A DNA stretch of 64,000 nucleotides from Neophaeotheca triangularis (GCA_054600435.1 BAAIJX010000013.1:1-64000); one strand, 5' to 3'; counted from the first letter of the stretch, positions 1 through 13,922 are shown. The notes: generated from the sequence alone by a model not told the origin. A program made the numbers and translations.

Positions 1-101
1 TGGTATTGGGGTTGGTTTGGTGGCGGGTAAATTTTTTTGGGGGGGGGGTTTTTTTTTTTGTTTTTTTTTGTGTTCCCAATTGTTAAATTAAATCAAATTT
101 T

Positions 102-132
<31 letters not shown>
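1..132. repeat. Low-complexity poly-T/poly-G tract at the window start (possibly a low-quality contig end)
   Basis: Several long T runs and a G run of about 10, with no coding signal. Confidence 0.7.
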
Positions 133-3100
133 GATAAGTGCGTTGTCGTCGTTGCGGTCTATAAAATACATATGCACGCTCACGGGCAGAGCAAAGTCGG
201 TTCAGAGTCGTCCACTATTGTACGCCCGTTGATGCTAGGGAGAGAAAAGCTCCAAGGTCGACTCGGGACGTGGGAGTTCCATGAGGGCGTCTGCGCTCCC
301 ATCTCTTTCCCACCAGCCTATCGAGCAAATCCCTCGCTCGCAGTCTGCTATGGACAACATCGCTCCCCAACCCAATGGAAAGCGGAAGCGATCTCAAGGT
401 AATACAATCAAGACCAGCCAACGTCCCCCATGGCCCTCCAGACCTGAATCTCAAGGTCTACAGCCAACCACCAGCGCGCTTCGCCGTGCCGTCCCCAGCA
501 TGAGAACGTCCCAACCCCCCCGCTATGCCTGAGAGACGCCGGAGCCTCTCGCGCCTTGCCTAACCCCCAGCAGGGATATTTAGCTCCGTCTAGCCCCCCT
601 TCCGACGGACAATGGTGATCCAGAGCCGTGCCGTCCGAGCCGTCATGTTCGGAGGGCGTGCCACGTGAGTGTCTGTCACAGACTCGCAGTACTTATTCAC
701 CACAGCGCTTTCCAGCGTGCCGCCCAAGTTCGGCGGGCTCGGCTTTGGTAGCAGGAGATAAGAGAGTTTCCTGACAAGCGTCGTGCGCACATGGCCAGCT
801 GACCGTTCGGAGGAAAGGAGGATTCTTTGCCTTTATTTGCGGCCTCGACTGCTCAGTCTAGGGGACTAGTTAGAACCACGGCTGCGTTTCGAGCTTCGCC
901 GCGGGAACGGTACCAGGTCGGAGGAGAGACAACCCCCCCCCCCCCCCTTCCTCTCCAGACGGAGAAGGATGTGGAGGCTAAAGTAGCGTCCGTGGCTGAA
1001 CGGCCTGCGCCAGTTCTGCGTGCGGCCTGTTGCCGACGTTGCGTCGGTAGCGTGCGTGAACTGGTGGCTAGAAGCAGTGGCCGGAACGAAGGCGGCGTAG
1101 CGGCAGGAATCAGGTACAGTGGCGGTCTCGGGGGAGATGAGGCGACTCGGCTGTACATCTGGAAATGCGAGGCAGAGTAGTTTTTGCTGGGGGAGTTAGT
1201 CAATGAACCGGGGGACAACTAAGATGCAAGCATGCATGCATGGTTCCAATCCCGAAGGGGGGGATAGTCTTATCGCGGGACTTGGGCGGGTTGTCATGGG
1301 CGACGGCGGAGGCAAAGGTTGACGGACGGCAAGGTGACCCAACGCTCTGGAGAGTTTTTGCGCAGCAATGCGATCGAGAACCACGGACGCGATGCAGAGA
1401 GGCGTGTTTTCCAAAGGCTTGGTAGCAAAACAGCGTCAAAGTACGTGCGTGGTAGCGCGCCGAACTTGTTCGACGCTGTTTGGGGGTTCAGGATATGTAG
1501 GCGCGAGGATAGAGTTTGCCAAAGCTTGAATCTATCTGTTGCTTCGGAGTCGTGTCCGAGAGTGCAGTGTGCACTAAGGTAGGTACAGTACAGTAGTAGT
1601 AGTACTATTGTGCTTGTAGGAGCAGTGGTTTGCAGTAACTTAGTTCCTTAGTAGGAGGAGTTTGGTTTTCAAGGCGTTCGCAGGTGCCACTACGCTCTAG
1701 CCTGCGTATACGTCAAGTTATTAGTTGTTCTAGTTCTACCTTCAGAATCGTCCGGCATCTATAGAGAGGAAATAGAAGATGCGAATACGACAGATGTGCT
1801 CACCCACAAGTCTCTCTTCTTTTGCAAGTTGCGAGGCGAGGGTGGGAGGAAAGAGGTCTCCCACAAAATCGATAGATGGAGTTCCGCAGCTCACAGAGTG
1901 TCGGGTGGCTAGATAAGTAATGAAGGCGTATCATCTACTAGTGTTGTCTATCATACCTCACGGATCACACTCACATGCTCCAGACGATGGGGGTTGGGGA
2001 TTGGGGGTCAGAGTGATATATAGCGGCAACGCAACGGTCGCAACGAACTCCAACGGCCAGCCGCCGAACAAAACCCCAACTAGCAAGTAGGGCATCAGTC
2101 TCCGATAATGCTATTGTCATTACTATCATTACCTATCATGACCATTCTCATCATAGTAAACAAACAAATCAAGAAAACCACAACAAAACCAACCGCGACC
2201 GTCTATAGACTTCAACTTCCCGTTTTCCATGCCCTCAATTTCCCTCAAGCCTTGCCCTCAAGTAATAATAAACCTCTCCAAGCTAATCAAACATCTCTCG
2301 CGATCATCCCGCCGGCTAAAAAGGAACGAAGCCTAGGTAATCGGTCAGCGCCCGAAGAGGAAACCAGCACAGTTCAGGTGTCCCAATAATCTCAAGTCCA
2401 CCATGGACCTTTCCGGGCAGCGATCTACAACAGCTGTAGTCTGCTCGTGCTGCCGCTCTCGATCGTCAAGTTCGGACTCTATTATATCTTTTATCTCTGC
2501 CTTGCCACGCACAAGTCAGTCTTGCACAGCCCCATCCCTGTTGCCTGGCCGCTTGCCCTGTTGTTGAGTTTCCTTGACAGACAGTAGTGGACAGGGGTAC
2601 GGGGAGTGGTGAGCTGGGCTGAGCTGAGCTCCTCCCTCTTGCTTCCGCGCGGAGACGGGGATCAGGTACTCAAGGTACAGTAGGGCGGCCTCGTCGTGAG
2701 ACCGGGCACCCGGCGGCGGAGAGCTGGTAGTCTTGCTGTTGTACCGGGAGATCCTTGACGCAGTATGTACAAGGTGTGTAGGTATTATTTACAGTTTGCT
2801 GACGCAGAAGGGGCTGGTCTGCGCAAGTGGGAAGATTGTTGAGGCTGGGAGGTTCGATTGGTGATTGGTGATGATGATGCGCCGGCTTCATTCATCTTCC
2901 TCAGGGCAGCCTTGGGATTTGCCCGTCTCGAGAGCATGGTGTAGGTATGCCCGTCGCGGCTTGTTATCGGTATCTTGAGCGACGGCCTCGAAACCTCGCC
3001 ATGAGCGGGAATGCGAAATCTGTTGGTTGCGACGTTGATTCGCTTGCCTACCCAGTACCTACCTACCTACTCTCTGGACTAAGTCAAGTTAGGTATCATG

Positions 3101-6100
3101 ATGTCGCTCGACCAGACGAAAGCGGACAAGATTATTGAAGATAAGCGAGGCCGGAATTGACATTCGTTGCTCTGGGTACCTGGACGCCACGCACGTTTGG
3201 AGGAAAGCATGCTGCGTGGGGGGGAATCGGGACGGAGAGTCGATCGTAAGGAGGCGGTTTGAAGGATGGGAGGAGGATGTAGGTATACCTGCTTGTACCT
3301 ACCGTGGCGTTGCGGGGGGAGATGCGGGAAAAGAGCTGATCAACAACCTAACCTCACTGCGTTGCGATCGAGCCGGGACGTTTGAGAGATTCATCGTTCG
3401 ACAGGGAATAGGTTCTCGAGTTCTTGCAATTGATGAGACGAGGGTACCTTGAGATCAGGTGCGAATGAGAGGGTGATGTCTTTCGCTTGCGACAATGCCA
3501 TCGACGGGTGTTGCTGCGCTCCTTGGTGCCTTTTCCATTTCCCCCTACGAGGGTTTGGACGCAGAAAGTCTGACGACTACGACATTATTGCAACCACCAA
3601 AACGAATGCAACGCAACCTTTCGTCGACGCTGTAGGACTAAAGAAACACCATGTTGTTGCCAGGATTGCGTGATCATCACTCTATTTTCCCACTCAAGCA
3701 TCATCGTCAGGGCTGAGGACAAGCCGGAGACAAGTCTTGACAGAGTCGTCTGCGTCATGTACTTTCAAAGTGGGCTGTAGCCGATCAAGAAGTTGCATGC
3801 TTCACGCTTCCCATCCGTGCTCGAACATGCAAAATGAAGACAATGCCTGTCCCCTGTCGCCCGTTGACCATCTCCTCTCAATAATCGCACATTATTGCCG
3901 CCGCCCGCTCTCAACAAATCTCCCTACCTCTCACCTCCACAAACCAAATCGTCTTCTAGTTGACAAGCGGGAGCTCCACCCGATCTCGAATCTGGGCGAT
4001 TGAATCGATCCACACGGCAACTGTCCCACAAGCATTCCGCTACAAACGGACAACACAAGCCCCCGCGACCTCGCGATCGTTGTTGGGGCCTCTTTATTAG
4101 CTCTTTTTGTTTCGATGATGAATTCAATCTCTGCCAATTCCTCCAACACAACTCCACAGCGGCATGTTGCCATCGTTGTGGGTTTCAGCTGCAACGTCTG
4201 CACCACTAAGATTTTAACGGCCGGCTAGTCGCCTAGGTGGTGAAGTGGTGTATTGCGCCACCGCGGTGCGTTGGCTGTTTATGGGCGACTGCGTTGGCGA
4301 GGCGATCTGCCAATAAGCCGAAGACCAAGCTGTTGTCTTGGACTGCTGAGAGGCTAGTAATATCTAATGTCCACCAAGGATTGCAGGGCTACAGAGCTGC
4401 AGGTCACACGTCCCGCTATGTTGGCAACTCGTCGGACGACTTTCACATCTTCCTAGTCCGTTATGTCGACATGAGTAGCAATGGGGAGGGAATCGAGCGC
4501 CGGAAAGCTGCGAGAAGGTGGAGGATGGATTCTTGAGAGGTAGGGATGGTTCGAATCTCAAATCACACGCTATGCATCTTCGTTGTGCACTGCCTTTCGT
4601 TTCCTGTGCGATGAACGAACGAATCGAGATGAGATCGCGACTAACTTGATTTGATTGCAGCAACTAGATCAGCCCCATAGGCCATGGCACATTGACTGCC
4701 TTGGTGTTTATACTTGTACTCCACTCAGGCTGCCTTAAATCGGCGCTTTACGGAGCTCAGTCCGATGGCAGAGTGAGCGGAGTCTTTGAGGACTTGTTGG
4801 CAGGGTTCGTCCGTGTTAGCGAGGGTAGTGGAATTTGCTTGTGAGAGGTATAAAAGCTCCGAGTGCGAGATGCTAGTGTATACCGGCGGTGGCACGACGA
4901 TCCGTCTTGAGCCTCTCAGGTATCACGGGGGCCAGTGTTGAGTCTCGACGGGTTTGGCGGGATTAAATCATGGCTTTCACCATGACGGGATAATGGACAT
5001 GGTCATTTTCGTACATGTGGCCGTATCTGACCCAGGGGACGTCTTGGCTGGCCATTCGGAGAAAAGAAGAGGCATCATTTGGTAGTGGCGGGCGGCACTT
5101 GCAGCGGAGACTTTGGACGATGCGGCTGGTCCATCGGAAAGCTGCTGCCGCTCGTGGCGAGTTGGCGCAGATCTTTGTCTCAATGATACCTAATCATGTT
5201 GACACAACATAAGATGGTCTTAATCATAATTGCAAGTGCTGTAGGTATGTGGGTGGCATATGACTGAATCATGACACACACCTGGAATTGGCGTATAATT
5301 GTGATTAAAGAATGTCGATGGTGGTGGTGCAGCTGCCGACGTGGGGCAGGAAATCAAGCAAATACCTTAGGTGGGAGAGTAAAAGGTAACGAGGGGCCGC
5401 ATCCCATTTTTGCGGGCGGAGCCTGGAGATGCAAGCACAGATGGCGGTTGAACGATCTGGGTACGTACCGTGGTATTCGTATCAACATGGGTCCAGGGAC
5501 CAGCGGCGGAGCCATGGAACTTTGGACGCCGTGGACGCCCTTCTTCACGCCAGCCACAAAGACGTTAACGACCGGAACATCTCATCATCGGTCGGCCGTT
5601 GAGGTGGTGATTGTTGTTGTTGTTGCTGTTGTTTCTGTGCCTGTCCCACTCTTCCATCACCATGTCCACCGCTCTTCGCTTGCTAGAGAAGACTTGGCCA
5701 TGCTCACTACTGTGGCTGGAGAAGGCTTCCTTGGATTGTCCCAGAACAGTGGCTCGGGGGGAGGACAGAACACAGAGCAGTCGGAACGGCAGTCGACTTG
5801 GGCGATGCCACGCGGCGAGCGCTGTCTCTAGGGGGATCTCGTGAGACCCAACTATCGACGCACGCCACGGGAGGGAGGTGGGGGGGTGAAAGCGAGTGAA
5901 ACGAGACGACACAATTGTCTCGCTGGAATCCGTCTCACCGGACTACTGTCCTCTCCACAAGCTGATACCAAAAATGAAAATGGACGGCAGCAAGGTGACG
6001 ATCTTTTCTCATCCAATCCAACCCAGCCCAACCCAACCCAACCCCCATCGGGTTGCTTTGTCAACCACCGCCGTGCAGTCTCTGCTCATGGTGCTGCAAC

Positions 6101-6777
6101 ACAGGATGAAGCCATCTGCACTAGTTCGCATGTCCAGTGCCTTGGCGAGCGGTACATGGACATGGTGGGGGAATGGGATTGGGGATGTGAACGAACCAAA
6201 AGGTGGTGTCGTTTATTGTCGGCGGACCAAGGTGGTGAATCAATGGTTTAGCCGCTACTGCTGCTATCAGAATAATTGATGACCCCTGAAAAATGACAAG
6301 CTGGAACAGACAAGCGGCACCATCTGAATCTCTCCCGCTCGGACACTTCCAGTAGTGTTGGCAAAGAGAGTTGCGACTAGAGAGCTGGTGCAAAACGCTG
6401 GTGCAGACCCGTAAAATAGACTCGGTCGACTATCTGGATTGCTAAACACGGGAACGAAGGGGACTAATAAACTACTATTACTATTGTTATTATTATCACT
6501 TGTTGCATCTTACCTGCATAGTGCATACAGTATGCAGCCTCTTACGCCTCTTACAGTTGGTTACCTCTCCCTCCCTTGCTCGGCACAGACAGACGAGGTC
6601 CAGCTCGCAAAGGCGACTTGCAGCGTGCATCCGCGTCGACCGCATGCCGCATGCCGCATGCCGGGACGTAGGTAGGTAGGTTAGTACCAAGTAGCGCTGG
6701 CATCATCATCATTGATTGAACCACAGCCAAACGCCTTCCCCATGGCCGCCATCAGACAACGCCAATGGGAGCTGTCC

Positions 6778-6797
6778 CAGTCAGTCAGTCAGTCAGT
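6778..6797. repeat. (CAGT)n microsatellite upstream of CMR1
   Basis: cagtcagtcagtcagtcagt read directly. Confidence 0.85.
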
Positions 6798-7426
6798 AGT
6801 AGTCACTCAGTCGGTCGGTGTTGCGTGGCTAAACTATCAAACTCCCGATTGCTTGCCGTGCTCGTAGTCTTGGAATCCCTGTGTTACAGCAGCAGCCTCG
6901 CCAGGGGCCTGGCATGGCATGGCATAATCAAGATATCATGACCGAGTTTGGGCGTTGCATGTGCATATAGGGAACCCAACCCAACCCATACGGTATGCGT
7001 ATGCGTCAGATGTCTCCGTGCCCTGTGCGTTGCACTTGCAGTTGCACCCTCGGTCAGAGTCTCAGAGATGGAGCAGTAGTCTAAAAGTCATGAACAGCAT
7101 CGATCTGCACGAACCCTCGACGTCTGCGTCCTTGGTCCCCACTCGAACTGAATCTTATCTTGCTCCCGGACGCTACTTGGAACATAAACTCTCCTCATAC
7201 CTGACCGTCCACGTTCTTGGCACCCTGCTGCTCGACTCAGCTCGAGGGCGTGTTTTATTCTCCGTCGCTTCCTCTCACTTCCGAGCAGTGTTTCTCTTCT
7301 GTTGGCCTGCTCGATTATTTTTGCTTTTCTAACCTCACCTTGGGCCTCGTCGATCTGGACTCGAATACCTGGAACCATTCTTCCATACTAATCCTTAATA
7401 CCGATCCGACGTTGGAACCCGCCACA

Positions 7427-10400
7427 ATGGTCTTCTGTACCTATTGCGGCCAGTCCTTCACCAGGGACGAGCATCTCGAACGACACATACTTACCCGTAG
7501 GTGTTCCGATGGACCGGTTGAGGAGCCGACGAGGATATCGGACTGACCGGACAATGCAGATACCAATGTTAAACCTTTCAAGTGTTTCACATGCCACATG
7601 TCCTTCGCTAGACGGTTCGTTTGATCGATACGCCGCAGAGTCAATGCCTTGGTCAGAGCTAACCCAGCCGTACAGAGACCTGTTGCAGAGGCATTACACT
7701 GTCCACGGACGGGACCAGAACCAACAGGAAATACCAGCCGCCAATGGCATGATCCCAAAGTCCGCCGGCAGGACTCCCATAGCCTGTAGCAATTGTGCGA
7801 AGACCAAGACGAAATGTGACAAGAAGTTCCCTTGCAGTCGATGTGCGGGGAGGAACCTTCGATGCACCCTCCGACCGACTCGACGATCGACCAAGAATGC
7901 GAATCGATTGATCATTCCACCCGAGGGCGCCGTCGCCATGCCGCCGCACAACCACCAGATATCGCTCGAGAACGGTCAACAGACAGCCATTGGCAACGAC
8001 AAAAACCCTCCTCAGCAACCACCTCAACTTAAGCCGGCGAGTCCGAAGCAGAATGGACCAACTCAGCCAACACAGCCAACACAGCAGCAGGAGGACAAGC
8101 AACCTCAGTCCGCCCCTGCAACCGACAACCCTGCTTCGCAGTACTTCGAGCAACCCACCAGCGGCCCTACTCCTACAGCCCCCAACAGCATGTCGCCTCC
8201 AACTGCCAACAGCAACAGCAACAACTTCGTCCAGGCGACTCCTCTATCCGGCTTCGATGAGTTCGCCAACCTGAACCAAGATAGCTCAGACACAGAATCG
8301 AGTCCACGGTTCATGCTCGATTGGACACAAATGCAAATGCCCATGGGGTTCGATGGGATGGTACAACCACAAATGGTCATGAATGCGGATATAAATTTCA
8401 GCCCCACCGGCGGCATGCCAATGACAGCGCCAGACATGATGAATATGCTGCCAGAACAAGCGAATTCCGTGGGATCTCTGATAACCCCCAATGAAACGCC
8501 AAAGGTCGAGCAAGCTTTCTCGGACCTTGAGCTTGGTAGCTCGGCTGCCATGTACAGCGATCGGAGGAATTTGTCGACGACGTCGATCGCTACGAATGAT
8601 GTGGCTGCTGTCGTTGCCGCTCAAGATGGGTGGTCCGCTTTCCGATGCACGCCCACCATTCCGTCCAGTTCATGTCCGAAGACTGCGCGGTTGAATCTCG
8701 AACGGTTGGAGCAGACACTCCGGAACCACGAGGGTTGGAGCATGTGGAGCCCACAGTGGGATGAGGCTGACTTTGGCCCCGATCATCTCACTGTCATGCA
8801 GCTTCATGAAAGCACGAGAGATAAGCTACTCGCCATCACTCAAAGCTTCCTGCATAAAGCGCTGGAGATCCACCGCGAGGACGGGCGTCACTCACCCAAC
8901 AGTGGCCGGCATTCACCAATCTCGATGAGCGGGTCCAACTTCGTACTGCTGCCACCTGGAAGGGTACTCGAATACTTTCTACGATCGTACTCGAATTGCT
9001 TTGAGCGATACTACCCGCTCACTTCTCGGGGAATTCTCGACGCCAACGAGTTGATGCACTGCTACAACGACCGCGCCGCAAGCTTGCTGGTACTTTCCAT
9101 GATCGCACAAGGGGCCGCCAACATTCCTTCAGCCGAGGCACGATCGTTGACTGGAGGTTTGACCGAAGCCTGCCGCATTTCGCTATTCGACCTCATCGAG
9201 AAGAACATTGGCTTAGCCGGTGACCCCGTCGTCCTGCATTCCGCCCTTCTTTTCACAGTCCAGGCGGCGTGGAGTGGCGACAAATGGCAGATGGACATTG
9301 CCATGGGTCAGCGGGGTATGTATTTTGCCATGTTGAGACACTCCGGGATTCTGGAAAACCGCCCCCAGCCCCAGCGCAGTGAGCAGCAGCAACGGTCGAA
9401 CCCGGATAGTATCTGGAACGAGTGGATCCAGCATGAGAGCAGGAGCAGGCTCATTTACTCTTGGGTCATGGTCGATCAAGATTTGTCGCTATTTCACGAC
9501 GCCGCGCCGCTTTTCTCCGTCACCGAGTTCGGCTCGCCAATGCCAGATGCCGATCGTCTGTGGCACGCGAAGAGCGCAGTCGAGTGGTCGTCGATATTCG
9601 AGCAAGTCCACGAGTTTTCCGGCGGTTACTCGTCCGTCGGATCCGGAGCGCGGCCTCTGTCGTTGCGAGACCTGTTCCGGCATTTCCTCGACGACGAGCT
9701 GATTCCGCTGGGTATCGAGATGACGCCTTTGCAGATGAGACTACTCCTCCACCCTCTGCAATCGCTCGTCTTCCAGCACACGCAGCTCCTCAGCTGCTTC
9801 TCCGACTCCCTCGGCACGCGCACCAAGCCCTCGCCCGCCATGAGCGCCGCCTCGACCCGCTCGCGCCTCTCCGAAGTCCAATGCCTGCTGCAGCGCTGGT
9901 ACGACCTGGCCGAGCGCTACCTAAAAGCCAACCCCATGTGCGCCATGATGCAGACCAACCTCGTCATGTTCCACCTCATCAGCCTCAACGCCGTGACAAA
10001 CTTCACCGAAATCGAGCGCCTCGCGCGCCGCGAGAATTTCGACGGCACCTACCAGCAGCTGGCCTGGCTGCACAAACGCTGCATCGCCGACGTCGAAGAG
10101 GCCGTCTTCCACTGCGGGCAAATCTTCCGCCTCGTGCGACAAATGCCCCGCGGCATCCGCCCGCCCTGGTGGGCCGGCGCCATCTACCGCGTCGGGCTGA
10201 TCCTCTGGGCGGACTCGCTGGTGCAAAAGGAAAACGCAACGCCCAGCGGCAACGGCATGTTCCCCGTCGCGGGCCCGTCTTTCGCCATCGACGCCCTGCC
10301 CGCCGACCACCCGCTCATCGTCCGCTACCTGACCAAGCGCGAGGGCGTGCCCTGCGTCACCAAGCGCGACGGCTCGCAGATGGCAATCGACCAGGCTTTC

Positions 10401-10499
10401 GCTGTGCTGCAGCATTGCATCGAGGTCGTCGACGAAGGCGCCTCGTCCCGCTTCTCCGACGGCATCCGGGGGAAACTGGAGAGACTTTCGCGCGGCTGA
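7427..10499 (+). CDS. CMR1: Melanin-regulating transcription factor (Cmr1/Pig1/Zmr1 family) with two C2H2 fingers, a Zn(II)2Cys6 cluster and a fungal TF domain; exons 7427-7496, 7560-7614, 7676-10499
   Basis: Spliced N-terminus MVFCTYCGQSFTRDEHLERHILTH-TNVKPFKCFTCHMSFARRDLLQRHYTVH. Introns 7497-7559 (GTAGGT..CTGAC..CAG) and 7615-7675 (GTTCGT..CTAAC..CAG) restore the frame. Zinc cluster CSNCAKTKTKCDKKFPCSRCAGRNLRC. Clustered with a THN reductase and an NR-PKS. Confidence 0.93.
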
Positions 10500-13012
10500 A
10501 AAACAAAACCAATCTTCGACAGAGCGCTAGTAGCAAACCTAGCAAGCAAGCAAGCAAGCGCGAGAGCAGAGCAGAGCAGAGCAGGCCCGTTCTTGTACCC
10601 GCATCGCATCACATCACATCACCAGCTCCAGGATGGAATCCGCCGCCCACGCCTGCCCATCTGCACACCCACAGCAACGCGATCTTCACACCCGCTTTCC
10701 TCATCCGGTCACCTGGCGTCCACACCTGCCACTCGCCTCGCGAGCGCATGACCTCGGCTAGCAGCGCGATTTTTCCCGCTTGGGTTTGCTCAATGCTCAT
10801 TTATTCGATCGATGGAGAGGTCCTTGTTTTTCGGACGGCTGGCGTCGTCTTTTTTCCTAATTTTTTGTTTTTTGGCGCTCGTTTGCGCTCTCACGTACAT
10901 TCCTTGCTCTCGAGATACCAATGGGTCTTTTTTTGGGAGGTGTTGTTCTTTTCCTCCTGCTGCTGTGGGCTTTGTGGGATTTAATTTTTTTCTTGTACGA
11001 GCTGCGGGCATGTCTTGCGTCGAAGTGTCCAGCGGGATGTCCAGCGGGATTGGATTGGATTGGATTTAGGAGTACTTTGGGTCAACTCTTACCGGAAGCC
11101 ATGGGGATTACGATGGTCTTGGAAGTTGCTTCGAGCGTTGGCGCTTGGGTTGGAGGGAGGGAGTACGTTACCTAGGTGTTATGAGAATGTGGGCGAGGGA
11201 GGTTTTTTTTTTTTCTTGTTTGCTTTTTTTTCAATAGATCTTATGAATGGTACACGAGGATGACTTTTCGCTACTCTTTTTCTACCGCGATGGTGCTTTC
11301 ATCTTTCTTGGGCTTTTGACCTGACATGGTCGGTCCTTTCTATAGGTGAATGTCTGCCGTTTGGGTTCGAGTCTTTTCTGTTCTCTTCTCCGCCTTTCCG
11401 CACCGTAATCGGTTGCGCTACGGTAACTCTCAAACGATGGTTGCGTTGGGGGGGTCGCCAGATCAAGTCTTTGGATCACTTTCTCCTACGCGGGATCGTT
11501 TTCCTTTTTCCTTTCCGCCGGTGTGGCTTTCGTCGCACCTACCTACCGGTTTAGAAGATTTTACGGAGTAGCGGAAACGGCGACTTGATCGACCAGCTTC
11601 TTCATGCTACCCAGTGACAGCATCCAACGAGGGATGACGGCCCCCGATGCGCCCGCAATCTAAAAAGTGTCGCCCACGATATTGCTCCCACGCTCTGGTT
11701 CAGGAATACTATTCTCCGGTCCTGCAACCCCGAAGAATGGAAAAACTAGCGTCAACGGCTCCCCGGACTTTGACCTTCGGGATTCCCAGATATCAGGTGA
11801 TCGGGACTATATTGAAGAAAAGGTTTCAGGATATGACAGCGGCTACCGTTGGGCAAAGGGCATTGCCCGTCGCCTTGTCTCGCGTGGCTTCTTCAGTAGG
11901 CGGAGAGTATAATAAAGGTTGATATTCTCCGGTCGGAAGAGTCTCAGTGCCGGTCTTCGTCAAAGGCTGAGTCGAACCGAGCGCATTGAGTTCTTGGTTT
12001 GCCTTGTAAGCGATGGGATTTGGCTGCTCTGCAGAGCTGCATTGTGAAACCGCTAGTTGCGATTCGGGCATTGCTTTCGGACGTAGTTATGGTGGAATGG
12101 TCGGCAACGACTCCGAATCGTGCTTCAAGTAGGGCAACTCTTGGTTTATTATACGGTGACTATTGCCATCTTGCTGCTTTCGTCGCTCTTTCAAGTGACT
12201 GTGGCCATTGCATTTCAGAGGCCTCCTCGGAAACACGATGCCACGGCTTCCATGGATTGATAGGCCCAGGGATCGAACATTCGTTCTTCGTTGCTCAGGA
12301 CGGGTCGTCCAAGCATCGAGGCCTTTGAAGGCTTTTAATAGTCAGCATCTAATGCTCAAGGCTTTTATCTTCAAATATCGAAAGTGCACATATATGCCGT
12401 CTAGCAATCGAGGCTCTTCCCGCTAGTTGATACGAGAAGAGAATGCATATCTACCTTGTCCTTTTTTATATGGCAACCTACCTAGGTGCTCGCAAGACGT
12501 TCTTCGCCGCCATCCTGGGCATGCCATACTAGAGCCTAACAGCATTATCAAATCAAAAACCCTTGGTCGAGGCTATGGTGAGGCTTAACAATCTTAAGAC
12601 CCCTGTTGGACCAATGGTTCACGCAAAAAGGGCCTCTCCCCCGCTGACAAGGTAGGTATCTATATGTCCCAAGTGGTGGGCAAGGGGTGGCTTCGAATGC
12701 TCCGTCTTTGCCATACAAACAACATACGTAGCAGTACCTTGTTGCCTCGAGATGCTTGACGAAGATGAGCTTCAACTCTCCACGATGCGTTCACACGTGA
12801 CATGATGCAGGATTCCTGTGTAGGGACCGATGAAGTGACCTCGCCTTCGGAGAATTCAGACCCTGCGCCGAAGGAGCCGTGCAAGTGCGAGATGCTAGCC
12901 GATGGGAAATGGAGAGTTCACGACAGGTGGCAGCCCGGATTTCGCATGCCGCCGCATCGTCGGAAGGCACTGCCCAGGTGGTAGTAGTTACAAGTCCCAT
13001 GTCCTCGTCGTC

Positions 13013-13034
13013 GGCGGCGGCGGCGGCGGCGGCG
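13013..13034. repeat. (GGC)n microsatellite
   Basis: About 7 GGC units upstream of the reductase gene. Confidence 0.8.
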
Positions 13035-13264
13035 GTCAATAGGTAGGCGGGGTGGGGAGAGTGGCAGAAGTCGATGATGATGTCGGCTCGTGTGTCGTTG
13101 GGACCCGACACGGCAAGCTCTTCCGATTGTGCTGTCTTCCGCTTTTAGACGCCATTTTCCCCATGGCCCGTCCGACGCTAAGCCTGAAACGACAACGACT
13201 CAAGCAGACTCGAGCCTCGTCTCACCACGGAGCCACTATCGACCCGCTAGCACTTGCAGGCCGA

Positions 13265-13296
13265 CGAGACGAGACGAGACGAGACGAGACGAGACG
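13265..13296. repeat. (CGAGA)n pentanucleotide microsatellite
   Basis: About 6 tandem copies (cgagacgagacgagac...). Confidence 0.85.
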
Positions 13297-13450
13297 ACGA
13301 CAACGACGACACAACGAACAAGCCGTGCCCGACGCAGGCAGGGCAGATTGTCAGACATGACCGTTGGTTATCGTTTCGGCCAACTCCAATGCGCCTTCGC
13401 CTTCGCCCTCGCCCTCGCGCTCTTCTCAACGCCGAATTCCACCGCCTCCT

Positions 13451-13480
13451 CCCAGTCCCAGTCCCAGTCCCAGTCCCAGT
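13451..13480. repeat. (CCCAGT)5 hexanucleotide microsatellite
   Basis: cccagt repeated 5 times, read directly. Confidence 0.85.
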
Positions 13481-13780
13481 CTGGCTTCCCACACCCACCC
13501 CGACCCTGCTTGACTTAGTTAGAGTTGACTGTCGTTCCTGGCTCGCCCTTCGCAGAAACAGCGGCTGCGGTGGAGCCGGGAGGGGCCCTCTGCGAGTCTT
13601 TGTCGAGACGATTATGCACCCGTTCCAATGCCATGCTCTTGTCTCGTCGACTCGTCCTCGCCCTCTCGCGCTCTCAACGGAAGCGCAGGGAACGAACGAC
13701 CGAACGATTGACGACTACGACAGGTAGGCCGGTGGGTGAAGGTGGGGAGAGCAGGCCAAGGTGAGGGCATGGTAGGTGTA

Positions 13781-13788
13781 GTATATAG
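13781..13788 (+). promoter_or_regulatory. Putative TATA-like element of the THN reductase gene
   Basis: GTATATAG about 140 bp before the ATG, followed by a pyrimidine- and CA-rich leader typical of fungal 5' UTRs. Confidence 0.45.
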
Positions 13789-13922
13789 GATCCCTTCAAT
13801 CACCGTCGATACCATCTCTTCTTTCCCTCACTATCCATCCAAACTCAACAAACCACAACTCCACATCCAACACCACCACTTCCAACACCACTTTCCAACC
13901 AAACCAAACCACACCCGCCAAA

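Noticed and set aside
5271..6279. Several 115-186-aa ORFs upstream of CMR1
   Set aside because: No recognisable motifs, no codon bias, microsatellite-derived content and no frame-joining introns found.
9461..10984. 507-aa alternative-frame ORF overlapping the CMR1 3' end
   Set aside because: Arg/Pro/Ala-rich shadow of the very high GC3 in CMR1, with no domain signal.
11647..12426. Short ORFs between CMR1 and the reductase
   Set aside because: No homology cues and no consistent splice model.
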